From a virus (taxonomy: Duplodnaviria > Caudoviricetes), in the IMG/VR virus record IMGVR_UViG_2788500220_000013, positions 1 to 64,000 of that record: a stretch of 64,000 nucleotides of DNA. One strand, given 5' to 3'. Made by a program: the position numbers and the translations under genes. Position 1 is the stretch's first letter, and each line of letters begins with the position of its first letter. Below are positions 8,431 to 18,275 of the stretch, piece by piece. The notes under the pieces are model-generated. The model was not told the DNA's origin and did not search any database. It was given only the letters and a program-made list of their open reading frames with translations.

Positions 8431-9081
8431 TCATGAACTACGAGCAAAGCCCTCAAGCCTTGTTTGCAAATCCATGTTATGCTCAAAACGCCTGACGACA
8501 GAAGGGTATCTTCCAACATTTCCCTCTACCGTACATAAAATTCCATTTTCAAGCTTCTCAACAAACCCAATATGCCCCTGCCAAGATCCCTTAACACCTC
8601 GGTCCCAACATACAACATCACCAGGTTGAGGTGAATTTATAAAATTCCCTGATTCACCGACATTTCTAAACAGTCTTTTGGCACCATGAGATGTGTTAAA
8701 TGATAATGGGATCCCAGTTCGTTTTGATGCTTCTTTAAAACACCAGCTAACAAATGATGCGCACCATGCACCGTCGTCGTCAGGGTCACCATCATCAAGA
8801 ATTCCCTTATATTTAGCAATGTAGGGCCCGCTATTATTTCCGCCGACCTCGCCATTCCCAAGCTCTTCAATTGCAATATTTAAAGCAACAACACCTAATG
8901 AATTATTCTCAGGCGCTTCTGGTAATCTCTCAGAATCCATTGATGCACGAGTATCTGGTCCGCAATACCCATCTTCCGTTAAGTCATGACATTTTTGCCA
9001 GCATTCTGTTAATTGAACTAAGTGCTTACCCGTAATTAGCCCGTCCTCAAATTGCCTTCTATTATAATTTTCCGCACTCAT
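8431..9081 (-). CDS. Endolysin: peptidoglycan-binding-like N-terminus plus CHAP domain
   Basis: WQK.H.LTEDGYCGPDT (PG_binding_1-like) and WCASFVSWC, GHIGFVE, TVEGN (CHAP). Confidence 0.85.
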   Translation of the reverse strand: MSAENYNRRQFEDGLITGKHLVQLTECWQKCHDLTEDGYCGPDTRASMDSERLPEAPENNSLGVVALNIAIEELGNGEVGGNNSGPYIAKYKGILDDGDPDDDGAWCASFVSWCFKEASKRTGIPLSFNTSHGAKRLFRNVGESGNFINSPQPGDVVCWDRGVKGSWQGHIGFVEKLENGILCTVEGNVGRYPSVVRRFEHNMDLQTRLEGFARSS

Positions 9082-9105
9082 AATATTCCTCCGATGAACT
9101 AAATA

Positions 9106-9708
9106 TTATTCAAAATCGATATCAACGCTAATATCGATATTAATCTTTGGTACCCTAAGTTGATTTGCTAATCCATGCTTTTTCGCTTCTTCAGCATCTA
9201 AAAACCAATCAGCATGACCTTTCTTATGAACTAGCTTTAAAAAATAATCATCTTTCTTACCACAATTCTCGGCCATCATCTTATATACAATTTTATTCAA
9301 GCGATCCGTCTCTTCAGCGCTGGCTTTAATCTCTTCTACCTTGCCATATTCCATCGAAGAAACATCATGAATCATTAACGTTGCATTTGGATCCATAAAC
9401 CTTTTTCCATCTTCGCCAAACGTAAATAGTATCGCCCCGCAACTCATTGCCTTTCCTTCAATGATTGTAGCAACAGGAATCTCTGCATGCTTAATGGCAC
9501 TTATCATGGCCATTAAGCTATAAACTTGGCCACCATATGAATCAATAACAACCGGAATAACCTTTTGGCCGGTATTATGAGCTTGAGCCATTTCTAAAGA
9601 AAACTTCTTCGCTGACTCTTCGTCAAACTTATTAACCCTAACAATTACAGGATTTTTCCTAAGTTCAATTTCCTTAATAAGCGGAGATATCTTTGTTGTC
9701 CATTTCAT
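9106..9708 (-). CDS. clpP: ClpP-family serine protease
   Basis: IDSYGGQV, catalytic Ser in AMSCGA, His in MIHDV, Asp in DWFLDAEEA. Confidence 0.85.
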   Translation of the reverse strand: MKWTTKISPLIKEIELRKNPVIVRVNKFDEESAKKFSLEMAQAHNTGQKVIPVVIDSYGGQVYSLMAMISAIKHAEIPVATIIEGKAMSCGAILFTFGEDGKRFMDPNATLMIHDVSSMEYGKVEEIKASAEETDRLNKIVYKMMAENCGKKDDYFLKLVHKKGHADWFLDAEEAKKHGLANQLRVPKINIDISVDIDFE

Positions 9709-9719
9709 TTAAATTTCCT

Positions 9720-12173
9720 TTATGAGCATGCGCTGTAGCTACAAGCAGTACATAATACACAACCCTCTTGATAGACTAGTGTATCTTCAGCACTGCAATT
9801 ACCACAAACTGTTTTTCCTGGCCGGGTGCCATCTTCTATATATGTCTTAAGAACTCGAGCAATTACCTTAGAGAAAGAAAATAAGTCTGCATCTCTATCT
9901 TTTTGAAGTTGTTCTACGACATAGTTTATTGGGGCACCATGGCGAAGTGCCAACGAAATAGTCCTTGTAAAAGCAGAATGATTTGGATTATCAAACAACG
10001 AAACAATATTCTTTAATATTACCTCATCACCATTTTCGCCAAACCTTAAATCATAAATAGAATTAACTGATTTTCTAGGGTGTTTGGTAATTTCGCCATG
10101 TTTATACTTTCGCGGAATTTCTACAAATTGTGCAAGTCCACCCATTACCTCATACGGCCTATTATTTAGTAGGCCAATCAAAATTGTCCAGGCTTCACCC
10201 TTAATTGTAGCATGATGAATATCACACTCGAGGCTTACTGGGCGCTTTGGGGCACTATTGGCATTAAATGTCTGGTCACGATCTTGGCTGACTAAAACAC
10301 CTGTCCTACAACCATCTCGGTATACCGTTACACCCTTGCAACCAGACTTCCACCCAGCCATATAAACATCTTTGACGGTTTCAGTAGTAACATCAGCAGG
10401 TAAATTTGTTGTATTTGATATTGCATGACATATCCACTTTTGGGCTGCTGCTTGAAGCTTAACTTTTTGCACCCAGTTAATGTCATTTGTTAGTGCGTTG
10501 TGATACGGGGATGATTTTACACTAGATTTACCGGTAACATTCATCCATTCCTGAAATCCATGATGGTATACATTATACTCTTGCCATTTATCTCCGACAT
10601 CATCAATAAAGTCAACCTTCCCATCAACATCATTCTCTGTTAGTTTTTTTCTACGTGTATATTTTAAAAGATACGCCGGCTCAATACCTGATGTAGTTTG
10701 TGTCAACGTGGAAACAGAGCCGGCGGGAGCAGTTGTCGTCAAAGCGATATTTCTTCTGCCTGTTTTTTGACACATTTCCTTAATATCAGGAGATGCATCC
10801 CAAATCCTGGTCAAAAATTCATGGCCACGTTCTAAATCATGATCATGAATGGGGAAGGCGCCTCTTTCTTTAGCCATTATACATGAAGACTTATATGCAT
10901 TAACAGTCAACGTCTTATAAAATTTTTCAACTACCTTTATAGACTCGTTTGAACCGTATCTAATACCAAGAGCAGCCAAAGCATCTCCAACAGCCGTAAC
11001 ACCTAAACCTGTACGTCTTCCTAATTGAGCTTGCTTCTTTACTTTTAACCACAAGTCTCTTTCAATTGCTTTTGTCTCTTTTGGTTCAGGATCACCCTTA
11101 ATTTTTTTAAGAATCTTATCAACTTGCTCAATTTCTAGGTCAATCATATCATCCATCAACCTTTGGGCCTTTTGGGAGACGCTAGCTAGCTGATCAAAGT
11201 TAAACCATGCATTTTTCGTAAACGGGTCTTCAACAAATGCTAATAAATTAACAACCATGAGCCGGCAACTGTCATATGGGCTCAAAATAATCTCCCCACA
11301 TGGATTTGTTGATGTTGAACCGAACCCGTATTCAGAATATGCATCAGAAGGTGTAGTTCTTATGGCATTATCCCAAAAAAGCAGCCCCGGTTCAGCGCAT
11401 GCGTGTGCGCACTCAATAATTTCATCCCAAAGCTCAAGTGCATCAACATTTAAAGACATATTTGGTTCTTTCGAGTCGACTGGAAACCGTAATTCAACGC
11501 TGGAGCCGCTTTCTACAGCTTTTAAAAATTCATCCGTTAATCTCACAGAAATATTTGCACCGGTAACCCTAGATAAATCCTTTTTTATACGTATAAAATC
11601 TCTAATTTGAGGATGATGAACAGAAATTGTTAACATTAAAGCGCCGCGGCGGCCACCTTGGGCAACTTCTCGACAAGAATTGGAAAATCTATCCATAAAA
11701 ACTTCAATTCCGTCTGTAGTTCTAGCACAATTTCCAGTTGCTCGGCCCTTGGGGCGGATTGTTGATATGTCAAATCCAACACCGCCGCGGCGTTTAGCAA
11801 TTTGAACTAATTCTTGATCGGATTTTAAAATCCCTCCGTAAGAATCCCAAGGAGATTCGATTACGAAGCAGTTAGATATCGATTGAACCTGATATGGGTT
11901 CCCAATTCCAGACATGGGAGAACCCTGGGGCACTATGTATTTAAAATCCTTAAACAACTCATAAATTTCATTTTCAGATAATGGATTTGGGTAGTTAGAT
12001 TCTATTCTTGCATATTCCTTTGCCAACCTACGATGCATATCATCCGGAGTTGCTTCATGAATGACACCATTCTTATCGGTCAATGCATATTTTGTTACAA
12101 ATACATTAGCAGCTAAATCATCACCATCAAAATATTCTAAAGATTGCTTAATTGCGTCATCAAATTTAATCAT
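9720..12173 (-). CDS. nrdJ: Adenosylcobalamin-dependent (class II) ribonucleotide reductase
   Basis: SNCFV, GGVG, QGGRRGA, TNPCGE, SCRL, TAPAGS, and a C-terminal Cys-rich tail EGCVLCTACSYSACS. No beta subunit gene nearby. Confidence 0.92.
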   Translation of the reverse strand: MIKFDDAIKQSLEYFDGDDLAANVFVTKYALTDKNGVIHEATPDDMHRRLAKEYARIESNYPNPLSENEIYELFKDFKYIVPQGSPMSGIGNPYQVQSISNCFVIESPWDSYGGILKSDQELVQIAKRRGGVGFDISTIRPKGRATGNCARTTDGIEVFMDRFSNSCREVAQGGRRGALMLTISVHHPQIRDFIRIKKDLSRVTGANISVRLTDEFLKAVESGSSVELRFPVDSKEPNMSLNVDALELWDEIIECAHACAEPGLLFWDNAIRTTPSDAYSEYGFGSTSTNPCGEIILSPYDSCRLMVVNLLAFVEDPFTKNAWFNFDQLASVSQKAQRLMDDMIDLEIEQVDKILKKIKGDPEPKETKAIERDLWLKVKKQAQLGRRTGLGVTAVGDALAALGIRYGSNESIKVVEKFYKTLTVNAYKSSCIMAKERGAFPIHDHDLERGHEFLTRIWDASPDIKEMCQKTGRRNIALTTTAPAGSVSTLTQTTSGIEPAYLLKYTRRKKLTENDVDGKVDFIDDVGDKWQEYNVYHHGFQEWMNVTGKSSVKSSPYHNALTNDINWVQKVKLQAAAQKWICHAISNTTNLPADVTTETVKDVYMAGWKSGCKGVTVYRDGCRTGVLVSQDRDQTFNANSAPKRPVSLECDIHHATIKGEAWTILIGLLNNRPYEVMGGLAQFVEIPRKYKHGEITKHPRKSVNSIYDLRFGENGDEVILKNIVSLFDNPNHSAFTRTISLALRHGAPINYVVEQLQKDRDADLFSFSKVIARVLKTYIEDGTRPGKTVCGNCSAEDTLVYQEGCVLCTACSYSACS

Positions 12174-12188
12174 TAACCCACCTATTAG

Positions 12189-13595
12189 TTAGTTGCGATT
12201 AAGACCGCTAACTTCCTTCCACTTTTTCTTCAAGATATTCTTCATAGCATTTTCATCTTGCTCTACAGCTTCATTTAAAGTTAATTCAGGCTCATCTACT
12301 ATTTCTATTGTAGACATTGATGTGTCAATGTGAATAGGAAAAACCAACCCATCCTTTCCTGCGCGATTTTTTGCAATAAAAAGCCTACCAGTTCCTGTCG
12401 ATTTTTCCATCGCTTTTCTTGATAAAGATATTACAACATCTGCGACCATTGCTTTACCATATGCCTCTGACATATTCTCAAGGCCAACAATTTCTGAATT
12501 TGCTGATTCTCTATTTGCTTGTGATGCTGTCCAAACTGGTAATCCAAGATCCATAGCTAAATTACGAAGTTCTTCATAAATTAATTTTAACTCATGACGT
12601 AGTGAATCATAATTTCTACTAGATCTCATAATATCAGCATAGTCAATAATGATGACGCCAGGACTAAATCCTTTTAATGCTAATTTTTCAATATGGTTTC
12701 TAATCGTTAATACAGAGGCTGAGCCGGTCGGGTATTCTTTGATAATTAACCTTCCGAGATCTGAGTTCTTTTTATAAAATTCCTTTACCCTGTCTTTGTT
12801 ATCTTGCACGTCATTACTTGGGATCTTACAAAGATTTGAATCATATCTTAGCCCAACAGCATGCTCAGTTAGTTCAAATGTGTAATGTAAAACATTCTTC
12901 CCTGTTAACATGGCATTAGCACCCATGGCAACCAACCAGTGGCTCTTACCTACACCGGTATTTGCGGTAATAACACCAATTTCGCCACGTCCTAAACCCC
13001 CTCCAAGGATGTCTGAGGCATCTAGACGATCAATTCCTGTAGGACATACATGTCTATTAATTTTAATAAATCTTGCATCTAAATCTTCAAAAAAATCATG
13101 ACCGACGGTGCTCGGAATTCCAGCAGCACAAGCAGTTTTCATTCTCTCTACGACAGTCTCATATTTGCCTTCATTAATATCATCTACAGATTGTACTAGG
13201 GCTTCCTTCAAGGCCTGCCTTTTACAGAAATCAAGGGCCTTATCTTTTACATATTTTATGTCCCCCATATCTGGGTTGTGGCGAATCCTATGTAGGAACT
13301 CAACTATCTGATCTCTTAAAATAATATCAGATCCGTTTGATAAATCATCCTTAATAATCGATATTAGCAATGATAACGTCGGAAATGCCTTATATTTTCC
13401 AAAATAAACGAAATATTTCTCTGTTAAATATGCAAGGTATTTTACTTCAAAAAAATCAGGACTCATTACCTCAACCATTTGTGCAGCCCACTTATGATCT
13501 GTTAATAATCCTTGAAAAATCTTTTCCTGAAACGTTTTGCCATATTGGCCAAAATGTGGTGTACCCTGCTCACTTAGTTTTACTGCGGTCTGCAT
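12189..13595 (-). CDS. Replicative DNA helicase (DnaB/T4 gp41-like)
   Basis: Walker A ANTGVGKS, FEL, Walker B IIIDYAD, TASQANR and KNRAG. Confidence 0.92.
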   Translation of the reverse strand: MQTAVKLSEQGTPHFGQYGKTFQEKIFQGLLTDHKWAAQMVEVMSPDFFEVKYLAYLTEKYFVYFGKYKAFPTLSLLISIIKDDLSNGSDIILRDQIVEFLHRIRHNPDMGDIKYVKDKALDFCKRQALKEALVQSVDDINEGKYETVVERMKTACAAGIPSTVGHDFFEDLDARFIKINRHVCPTGIDRLDASDILGGGLGRGEIGVITANTGVGKSHWLVAMGANAMLTGKNVLHYTFELTEHAVGLRYDSNLCKIPSNDVQDNKDRVKEFYKKNSDLGRLIIKEYPTGSASVLTIRNHIEKLALKGFSPGVIIIDYADIMRSSRNYDSLRHELKLIYEELRNLAMDLGLPVWTASQANRESANSEIVGLENMSEAYGKAMVADVVISLSRKAMEKSTGTGRLFIAKNRAGKDGLVFPIHIDTSMSTIEIVDEPELTLNEAVEQDENAMKNILKKKWKEVSGLNRN

Positions 13596-13605
13596 TAATA
13601 ATCCT

Positions 13606-14568
13606 CTACGTTCTAGAAACGAAGTTTAATGACATAAAAAAAGAGTCTGCGTCAAATTTTGATAAGCCCTCGCGGACTAAAATCCTCATTAAGCCAATTT
13701 TATTACGTGAAGGTTGAAAAGTATCGATATTATAATCAATTTTTGAAATCTGTGTCGCCGCTAAATTTGAAACATCAAGATACATTAATTTCCAATTTCT
13801 TCTAACAATATCAGATGCAGCTATAGCATTATGATACAATTTAATTTTACTGGTCGGAGCTCTTTGCACGCACAATTTAAGTATGTCATCTACAGATATA
13901 AAACTATCCATTGTTATCTCTGGAACTCTCTTTGCGAGTGTTTTAAACCCAGCGCCTTGTACACCTTCAATATTATCTGACTTGTCTCCACAAAAACATC
14001 TTGCAACACAAAAATTGTGCACGGGTATACCATACTTTTGTAATACAGCTTCAGGTGTTACAAACGCGCGTTGGCCCGGGGACCATTGGCGGATATTCGG
14101 AGATAATAATTGGTAAAAATCCTTATCTGACGAAACTATTACACAGCCATCACTATAGCGGTACTTCGCAAGATAACCTATAACATCATCTGCTTCACAG
14201 TCTGATATATAGATCTGGGATACAGGCGTGCATCTTAGCATCTCTATTATTAATGCTATTTGATAATCCCTATTATTAGTAGAATCAGGTAGATCCTTAC
14301 CATAAAAACGATTTAGCTTTTGTGGTTTTCTATTGGCCTTATACCCTGAATATATTGTCCTTCGACGAGTGGATCCGCCACCTTCCCATACAACAACAAT
14401 CTCTTTAGGATTAACTTTATCTGCTAATAACCTAATTGCTTTTAAAAACCCGACAGCACCGCCAACATGTTGGCCCTGTGCATTCATTGTAGGGTTTGCA
14501 GCAAAATGACGCATAAACAAATTTAGTGCATCAATGATTAATACCGGTGAATCTTTTGTTAGGTCCAC
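13606..14568 (-). CDS. 5'-3' exonuclease/flap endonuclease (T4 RNase H-like)
   Basis: IIDALN, YKANR, EADDVI, SSDKDF and H3TH motif GDKSDNIEGVQGAG. Confidence 0.92.
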   Translation of the reverse strand: MDLTKDSPVLIIDALNLFMRHFAANPTMNAQGQHVGGAVGFLKAIRLLADKVNPKEIVVVWEGGGSTRRRTIYSGYKANRKPQKLNRFYGKDLPDSTNNRDYQIALIIEMLRCTPVSQIYISDCEADDVIGYLAKYRYSDGCVIVSSDKDFYQLLSPNIRQWSPGQRAFVTPEAVLQKYGIPVHNFCVARCFCGDKSDNIEGVQGAGFKTLAKRVPEITMDSFISVDDILKLCVQRAPTSKIKLYHNAIAASDIVRRNWKLMYLDVSNLAATQISKIDYNIDTFQPSRNKIGLMRILVREGLSKFDADSFFMSLNFVSRT

Positions 14569-15750
14569 CTATGCCTCCGGGTCTAAAATATCTTCATTCA
14601 ACTCCATTGCGATTGAACGAACTTCTTCATAAGACTCGGCATCAATATCAATATTCTCTGCAGTTACTGATTCTCGAACTAATGCTTTCTCAAGTAATTG
14701 ATCAATATATACACCATACTCTGGGTCTTTCATTAATTCTTCAAAGTCATTCTTATAGAACTTCTTTTCTAAAACAGTTTTCTTTGTTTTTTCATCGATA
14801 ACCGTCAATGTTTTCCACGCTGATGTTCCTGCGATGGTGACAGTCTTACCATCGATTGTCTCAGAACCATGTTTTCTTAATACATCAAATACCTGTTCAT
14901 GCTCTTTAATCCCAAGACCAAAGTGAATTTCAAAATTGCATGATCTAAAGGGTGCTGAAACTTTATTTTTAATCGTTTTTGCCGAAACATGAATGCCGAT
15001 AACTTCCTTATTCTTATTCTCAATTCTTTGGCCGGCTCCGAGCTTAATTCTTACTGATGAATGAAATGGAATTGCTTTCCCACCAGGTGTTGTTGTGGGG
15101 TCTCCATACATCACACCAATCTTTGTCCTAATTTGATTTAGGATAAGAAATAGCACGTTTTGATTTGCGATAACACCCGTGATCTTTCTCATTCCCTTTG
15201 AGATTGCACGGGCCTGTAGCCCGATCGATTCTTTATCATAGTCGCCAATAAGTTCAGCCTTGGGTGAACTAGCTGCAACGGAATCCCAGACAATTGTAAT
15301 TGGGACATCTTTATCCATTGCCTTCGCCTTCATGATGGTTGACTCCGCAATTGAAAGTACTTCTTCTGTACAATGTGTGTCAACATAAACAAACCGTTTA
15401 CTAATATCTACACCGAGAAGCCTAAGATTCTCAACAGATGTAGCATTCTCGGTGTCAATATAGACAACAATTCCCCCCATCTGTTGCGTTGATCTTGCAA
15501 CCTGAATCGCTAAGTGCGACTTTCCAATTCCAGGAGGCCCGAAAACCTCAACGATTCTTCCTTCTGGAAGACCACCGTTTGATCTATTCGCAACAATATA
15601 ATCAAGCTGCTTACACCCGGTTGAGACCCAACGTTTAACATGTGTTGGGGATTCATCATAAGCAAGGTTATATGCAACCTTATTTCCTGCCTCCTTATTA
15701 AGAGACTTAATCAAGTCGCTGGTAAAATCTTCCGTCTTATTTTTTGCCAT
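14569..15750 (-). CDS. recA: RecA/UvsX-like recombinase
   Basis: GGLPEGRIVE, Walker A GPPGIGKS, IDTE, WDSVAA, NQIR.KIG.MYGDP.TTPGG. Confidence 0.93.
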   Translation of the reverse strand: MAKNKTEDFTSDLIKSLNKEAGNKVAYNLAYDESPTHVKRWVSTGCKQLDYIVANRSNGGLPEGRIVEVFGPPGIGKSHLAIQVARSTQQMGGIVVYIDTENATSVENLRLLGVDISKRFVYVDTHCTEEVLSIAESTIMKAKAMDKDVPITIVWDSVAASSPKAELIGDYDKESIGLQARAISKGMRKITGVIANQNVLFLILNQIRTKIGVMYGDPTTTPGGKAIPFHSSVRIKLGAGQRIENKNKEVIGIHVSAKTIKNKVSAPFRSCNFEIHFGLGIKEHEQVFDVLRKHGSETIDGKTVTIAGTSAWKTLTVIDEKTKKTVLEKKFYKNDFEELMKDPEYGVYIDQLLEKALVRESVTAENIDIDAESYEEVRSIAMELNEDILDPEA

Positions 15751-15773
15751 ATTATGCTCCGAATGTTAATCAA

Positions 15774-15802
15774 CTATACACACAACTGCAGCCCTTGTTC
15801 AA
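15774..15802 (-). promoter_or_regulatory. Sigma70-like promoter upstream of recA
   Basis: Sense TTGAAC-N18-TATAGT with a TGn extended -10. Confidence 0.45.
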
Positions 15803-15805
15803 CCT

Positions 15806-15838
15806 AAAAAAAAGGGGGAGGAACAAAGTTCCTCCCCC
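15806..15838 (-). terminator. Rho-independent terminator after the SSB gene
   Basis: 11-bp stem gggggaggaac/gttcctccccc with a 3-nt loop, followed by 8 T on the minus strand. Confidence 0.9.
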
Positions 15839-15862
15839 CTAGCCTAATCTGCAGAGGGGATC

Positions 15863-16672
15863 TTAGAGATCCTCTAGATCGGCGAATGCCTCATCCAAAC
15901 TGCGAAATTGATTATTAGACTTAGTTGATGTTGTGGTCTCATCAGTGTCATCAGTTTCAGTGAAGGCAACGGTTGGGCCGCGGGTGGTTCCAACATTATC
16001 AGAGCTGTTATCATCTGTATCACCAGACAACCAATCATTTACAATCTTTTCAAGCTCATCATATGACTTAAGTGTGTACATATCGTCAATGTTAGGAATT
16101 GCGTTAGTCCATTCCGTAGTTTGCTCAGGATCAGAAGAAAGAGGTGTTGCCTTTCCTCGAGGACGAACCGTTGTGGTTGCCCACATTCGACCAGGTGGCT
16201 TATTACAAACAACCTTTACGTCACGGCCGTCATTCGGATCTGTGATATCACCATAGTCTTCATCAAGCATAATGTTTAGAAGTGATTGATAAACTGTTTT
16301 ACCAAAAGACCAGAGGCGTACACCCTTATCTTCTTCACCCCGTACAACTACAGGGGCAAAACAGCGCATCTTAGGATAAAGCTTCTTTGCCAATTCGTAA
16401 GAATCCTTTGAAGCATCATCTCGAAGCTTATTAATAAGTTCCTGAATGGGATCTGGCTTGCCAAACTGCTTTGGTGCCAAAAGTCCAGGATTGTTTCCAA
16501 TATTATAATAGAACCAAAGTTCCTTAAATGGTTGTCCGTCATTACCTGGAAATGAAAGTAAACGAACGGTGGCTTCTTCACCCTCCTGGGGGCGCCACAT
16601 TGTATTACGCCGAGAACTAGTCCCGGAAAGCTGATTTAGCTTATTCCGAATTGCATCAAAATCAATTGCCAT
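15863..16672 (-). CDS. Single-stranded DNA-binding protein (T4 gp32-like)
   Basis: W.P..G...VRLL, GVRLWSFGKTVY, DITDPNDGRD and an acidic C-tail ending DEAFADLEDL. Adjacent to recA. Confidence 0.85.
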   Translation of the reverse strand: MAIDFDAIRNKLNQLSGTSSRRNTMWRPQEGEEATVRLLSFPGNDGQPFKELWFYYNIGNNPGLLAPKQFGKPDPIQELINKLRDDASKDSYELAKKLYPKMRCFAPVVVRGEEDKGVRLWSFGKTVYQSLLNIMLDEDYGDITDPNDGRDVKVVCNKPPGRMWATTTVRPRGKATPLSSDPEQTTEWTNAIPNIDDMYTLKSYDELEKIVNDWLSGDTDDNSSDNVGTTRGPTVAFTETDDTDETTTSTKSNNQFRSLDEAFADLEDL

Positions 16673-16772
16673 TTTTTTAACTCCTTAATGTTTAATTTGC
16701 AACTTTTCTATGGCCACCACGACCATGTTAGTACTGTACTAATTTATTGTTAATTGTATAAACGTATCTTTA

Positions 16773-17030
16773 TTATTTTGGCCACTTATCAATTGGGCAC
16801 TTTTTTCGTGGCGCATAAACCATTGCAGGAAATGCACAACCACACTTTCCGCAACGATATCTTGAAATCTTTTTACCCATAACTGTAACCGGTTGGCTTC
16901 GAAGAAATGGGCATGCCTTACAAATCTCTGCGCGCTTAATCGACATCTCTTCAATTTCCGGAGGTAAACCCTTGGGTTTTTTACTTTTTATAAAGTTGAT
17001 CCAACCCTCTGCAATATTTCGAAGACTCAT
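16773..17030 (-). CDS. Small Cys-rich zinc-binding protein (DUF6171-like)
   Basis: RAEICKACP...RCGKCGC...KKCPIDKW. Confidence 0.65.
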   Translation of the reverse strand: MSLRNIAEGWINFIKSKKPKGLPPEIEEMSIKRAEICKACPFLRSQPVTVMGKKISRYRCGKCGCAFPAMVYAPRKKCPIDKWPK

Positions 17031-17272
17031 TTACTTTTACCTAGCTTCTTCTTTGTCTTTTTTTTCTTTTTCTTTGGATATGTCGAATCAGTCCCAAGTG
17101 GTGTAACAGCACCTGGAACACCGCCTACTGCTAACTCATTTTTATCAGATGATTTAGCATCATCTGGTTCAACTAATAGCTTGTCACTCTTATCATTATC
17201 CTCATCTTCATCATGATGAGATTCAAATATTTCTAATAAAGAACGTATATAGTTTCGTAATAAATTACTCAT
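17027..17272 (-). CDS. Hypothetical small protein, possible internal head protein
   Basis: N-terminal LLRNYIRSLLE helix, acidic middle and Lys-rich tail. GAGG RBS and late-promoter motif upstream. Confidence 0.6.
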   Translation of the reverse strand: MSNLLRNYIRSLLEIFESHHDEDEDNDKSDKLLVEPDDAKSSDKNELAVGGVPGAVTPLGTDSTYPKKKKKKTKKKLGKSK

Positions 17273-17307
17273 TTTGAATACCTCTTTTTTAAATATTGTA
17301 TAGGATG

Positions 17308-17637
17308 TTATTCCTCTACTACACTCTCAAGAATATATCCTCGTTCAAACTCTCCCCGCTGAATTGCTTTCTCAGTTCGAATAATCTCAAGATCCATATG
17401 GCAAAAACCCATTCTGTCTTGAATAGCCATTAGTACTTGCTGAATGTCTGCTAATTCCTCAATACTAGGTTTTTCTAGAAACTCTGTAACTTCTTCCTGC
17501 AGCTTTTCACATAGCTTATCCCAATATTCTCCATCATTTGCGACCCTATAAGAAAACTCTTTTTCTTTTGCGCGTAAAATATCCGGAATCTTATCCCTAA
17601 CTAATTTATCATACGTTAGTACCATTTTAGTCGTCAT
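17308..17637 (-). CDS. MazG-like / PRA-PH-like nucleotide pyrophosphohydrolase
   Basis: YDKLVRDKIP, KLQEEVTEF, EELADI and K..RG.F..G. Confidence 0.85.
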   Translation of the reverse strand: MTTKMVLTYDKLVRDKIPDILRAKEKEFSYRVANDGEYWDKLCEKLQEEVTEFLEKPSIEELADIQQVLMAIQDRMGFCHMDLEIIRTEKAIQRGEFERGYILESVVEE

Positions 17638-18232
17638 TATTTTTTGCCTCTAGAATAATCATCTGTTTAGCTTGCTGTAAGATCACAGCAAGAAGTGGTT
17701 CATTACGAATATAAAAACGATTCTCATCTAAATGAGAACCCTGAGATAGGTGTATGGCTAGCCATTCATCCCTTGTTAGTTGTATACAAAAATATTGTAA
17801 TAAAAATAGCGTTAGATGGGGAACTGCCATTTTTGGTAATTCTTCATTGTATTTATACATTTGCCCTAGCTTTTCGCGGTGCCAATTCGAATCCTGCTCT
17901 ACAAAGAGATCTTCCTCTAAGTCACCTATCTTTCCAAGTTCATGAAGTAATCCAACACGAAGAATTGACTTTACATCTATAGATACTTCATGAGCAGCTG
18001 CTAGCTTGCGCATGCGTGATGTTACAGTTAATGCATGCTCAATTAAACCACCGGGATATGCACCATACTGATCTAGCTTTGTTGATGCAGGGCAAACAGA
18101 AGCGCGTTCACCTAGATTATCTAGCAATTCTGAAATTAGGTCTGCCTGATCTGTTTCAAATGCTTTGCGGCACAATCGATCAAACGTTTCCCAATTTGTT
18201 TTAATCTGATCAAATTCTAATTCTGTAGACAT
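17627..18232 (-). CDS. HD-superfamily phosphohydrolase-like protein (HE variant)
   Basis: PAS...GAYPGGLIEH, LLHELGK and EWLAI.. Confidence 0.75.
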   Translation of the reverse strand: MSTELEFDQIKTNWETFDRLCRKAFETDQADLISELLDNLGERASVCPASTKLDQYGAYPGGLIEHALTVTSRMRKLAAAHEVSIDVKSILRVGLLHELGKIGDLEEDLFVEQDSNWHREKLGQMYKYNEELPKMAVPHLTLFLLQYFCIQLTRDEWLAIHLSQGSHLDENRFYIRNEPLLAVILQQAKQMIILEAKNNDD

Positions 18233-18252
18233 ATTAATAACCCTTTTGCTGT

Positions 18253-18261
18253 ATTATACCA
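18253..18261 (-). promoter_or_regulatory. Extended -10 promoter upstream of the HD gene
   Basis: Sense TGGTATAAT, about 20 nt before the ATG. Confidence 0.55.
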
Positions 18262-18275
18262 CAGCATGGGGTAAT

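Noticed and set aside
16739-16954. 71-aa minus-strand ORF overlapping the Cys-rich gene, and similar nested same-strand ORFs (3342-3572, 5657-5896, 8637-8876, 43693-43971)
   Set aside because: They are alternative frames nested in better-supported genes, with no recognisable motifs.
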